Below are positions 23,794 to 25,233 of a stretch of DNA of 25,233 nucleotides, piece after piece. Position 1 is the first letter of the stretch. Each line of letters opens with the position of its first letter. Origin of the DNA: a virus; the UHGV virus genome UHGV-0079576. One strand, 5' to 3'. A program made the translations under genes and the position numbers. The notes under the pieces are model-generated. The model saw only the letters and a program-made list of their open reading frames with translations, was not told the DNA's origin and made no database searches.

Positions 23794-24884
23794 ATGAATA
23801 TCAGCCTGATTTCAGTCTGACAGCGGAAGGTAATGATATCACAAAGGCCATAAAGCGGGGGCTGGCAGAACTGCGTTATACCGATAATGGTGCGGCCACA
23901 AAGCGATCCGATGAACTGATGGTAACGCTGTTCAGCGAGACGATGGCGCTACCTCCGAAAGGTGCGGTATTAACGCTGGGGCTGGGATTTAATGGAAATC
24001 TGGTAAATAAAGGCAGCTTTACCGTCTGTCAGGTGGCAAGCGGTGGCCCTCCCCGCCGGATCACCATTTATGCCACCGCAGCCCCCATGAATGCGTCCAG
24101 ACATGGCGCGGATGTGACCGCACTGAAAACCCGCGCCTTCAGCGATATCACGCTGGGCGACCTGGTAAAAACCATCGCCACTGAAAATAATCTGGTGGCG
24201 CGGGTTTCACCATCGCTTGCTGATATTCGTATCTCCTGGGAGATGCAGTCGTCAGAATCAGACGCAGCCCTCCTGTCCCGGCTTGCAGGCGTGTATGGTG
24301 CCACCAGTAAACCGACGAACGGTTACTGGTTATTTCTGGAGTATGGTGCATCGCAGAGTACAGGCGGAAGAGATACCCCAGTGATGACCATCACACCGGA
24401 TATGGTGTCAGACTGGGATTACCGGGAGGGCGAACGACAGGGTGCTGCGGGTAGTGGGAAGGGAGACAAAAAGAATGGGAAAGTGGGTGTCCGATATTTT
24501 GATACCCGTGACGGACGCACACGAGAAGTTAAAGTGGATGTGGAGTCTACAGACAAGCGGCATCCGTTTACCCAGCCTGACCAGGGCACAGCAAAACACT
24601 GTGCAGACTCGAAAGTTAAACGCGTGCAGAGAGCCGGACGCCAGATGACGATAACGCTACCGTGCAGACCGGCACTGCTGAAAGCGGGAGCAGAGATGCG
24701 TTTTATCACGCAGGGGTTTGGAGTACGGGAAGATCATAACTGGCAGGCAGAGTCAGTGGAGTTTTCACTGGCACCAGGGCAGGGGTTTGCGCTGAATCTG
24801 TCGCTGGCTACCGATATTTCCGCGAAAGGGAAGGCCTCAGGGAAGAAGAAAGCGGATAAAAAGGGCGTGAATTATTTTGGTTAG
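23784..24884 (+). CDS. D: Tail protein D (P2 late control gene D-like)
   Basis: 366 aa; …LGDLVKTIATENNLVARVSPSLADIRISWEMQSSESDAALLSRLAG… parallels P2 D …LGAIVKAIATRNRLEASVAPSLAGIKIPHIDQSQESDAKFLTRLAE…. Confidence 0.85.
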   Translation: MGLNEYQPDFSLTAEGNDITKAIKRGLAELRYTDNGAATKRSDELMVTLFSETMALPPKGAVLTLGLGFNGNLVNKGSFTVCQVASGGPPRRITIYATAAPMNASRHGADVTALKTRAFSDITLGDLVKTIATENNLVARVSPSLADIRISWEMQSSESDAALLSRLAGVYGATSKPTNGYWLFLEYGASQSTGGRDTPVMTITPDMVSDWDYREGERQGAAGSGKGDKKNGKVGVRYFDTRDGRTREVKVDVESTDKRHPFTQPDQGTAKHCADSKVKRVQRAGRQMTITLPCRPALLKAGAEMRFITQGFGVREDHNWQAESVEFSLAPGQGFALNLSLATDISAKGKASGKKKADKKGVNYFG

Positions 24885-24908
24885 TGTTTTCTGTATCAGG
24901 TAATAAAA

Positions 24909-25233
24909 ATGGCTGTATTAATTTCAGGTGTGCTGACTGATGGCGCGGGACTCCCCATGTCCGGATACCATATTCTTCTGAAAGCCAGGCAGAATACATC
25001 TGCAGTGGTCATGAGAACGGTGGCTGCAGTGGTGACAGGGGCGGCAGGAGAATATGCCTTTGAGGCTCAGACCGGAAAATATGATGTATATCTTCGGTCG
25101 TGCATTGAAAGAGAATATTGTGTCGGTGACATTTCAGTTTATGAAGACTCCAGACCCGGCACGCTGAACGACTTCCTTACCGCCCTTGATGAAGACGACC
25201 TGAAGCCGGATGTGGTGAAGCGTTTTGAGGAAA
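24909..25233 (+). CDS. stf: Side tail fibre protein, N-terminal part only (lambda Stf / prophage tail-fibre N-terminal domain); runs off the window
   Basis: MAVLISGVLTDGAGLPMSGYHILLKARQNTSAVVM…YDVYL…ISVYEDSRPGTLNDFLTALDEDDLKPDVVKRFE parallels lambda Stf MAVKISGVLKDGTGKPVQNCTIQLKA…YSVIL…ITVYEDSQPGTLNDFL…EDDARPE. Confidence 0.75.
   Translation, partial: MAVLISGVLTDGAGLPMSGYHILLKARQNTSAVVMRTVAAVVTGAAGEYAFEAQTGKYDVYLRSCIEREYCVGDISVYEDSRPGTLNDFLTALDEDDLKPDVVKRFEE

Larger units (their letters stand above)
1..25233 (+). mobile_element. Late region of a temperate cos-type phage/prophage: lysis cassette, cos site, lambda-type head module, P2-type contractile tail module
   Basis: Uninterrupted same-strand array of terminase, portal, protease, capsid, baseplate, sheath, tube and tape-measure homologues, plus lambda-like cos elements at 3093-3292. 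Confidence 0.9.

Noticed and set aside
1-25233. Search for integrase, attachment sites, tRNA, rRNA, or an obvious defence operon (nuclease, ATPase or methyltransferase genes)
   Set aside because: No ORF in the window has integrase-, nuclease-, ATPase- or methyltransferase-like features apart from the terminase, and no tRNA-like cloverleaf was seen; the only defence-type candidate is the TerB module reported above

Overview
The window is a plus-strand late-gene region of a temperate cos-type phage or prophage (enterobacterial-like composition, about 55-65% GC with lower-GC islands). Order read from the sequence: structured leader; TerB-family gene plus a coupled 50-codon membrane ORF; terminator; lysis cassette (two membrane proteins and an M15-peptidase endolysin); terminator; three small overlapping ORFs (one a predicted lipoprotein); a small acidic hypothetical; a lambda-like cos site (cosQ/cosN/cosB), so the virion genome ends lie inside this window; lambda-type head/neck genes (Nu1, A, W, B, C with an internal repeat array and nested Nu3-like start, D, E, FI, FII, Z-like, U-like); then a complete P2-type contractile-tail module (V, W, J, I fused to an Ig-like plus leucine-rich-repeat extension, H-like fibre, fibre assembly protein, sheath, tube, E/E' frameshift chaperone, tape measure, U, X, D); and the start of a lambda Stf-type side tail fibre running off the 3' end. 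No integrase, rRNA, tRNA or CRISPR array was found. The two most unusual signals are the TerB-plus-membrane-peptide cargo upstream of the holin and the baseplate gpI fused to a low-GC Ig-like/LRR domain. All homology calls come from reading the translations against remembered lambda and P2 proteins; no database search or folding program was run, and the 60-nt GC samples quoted were counted by hand.
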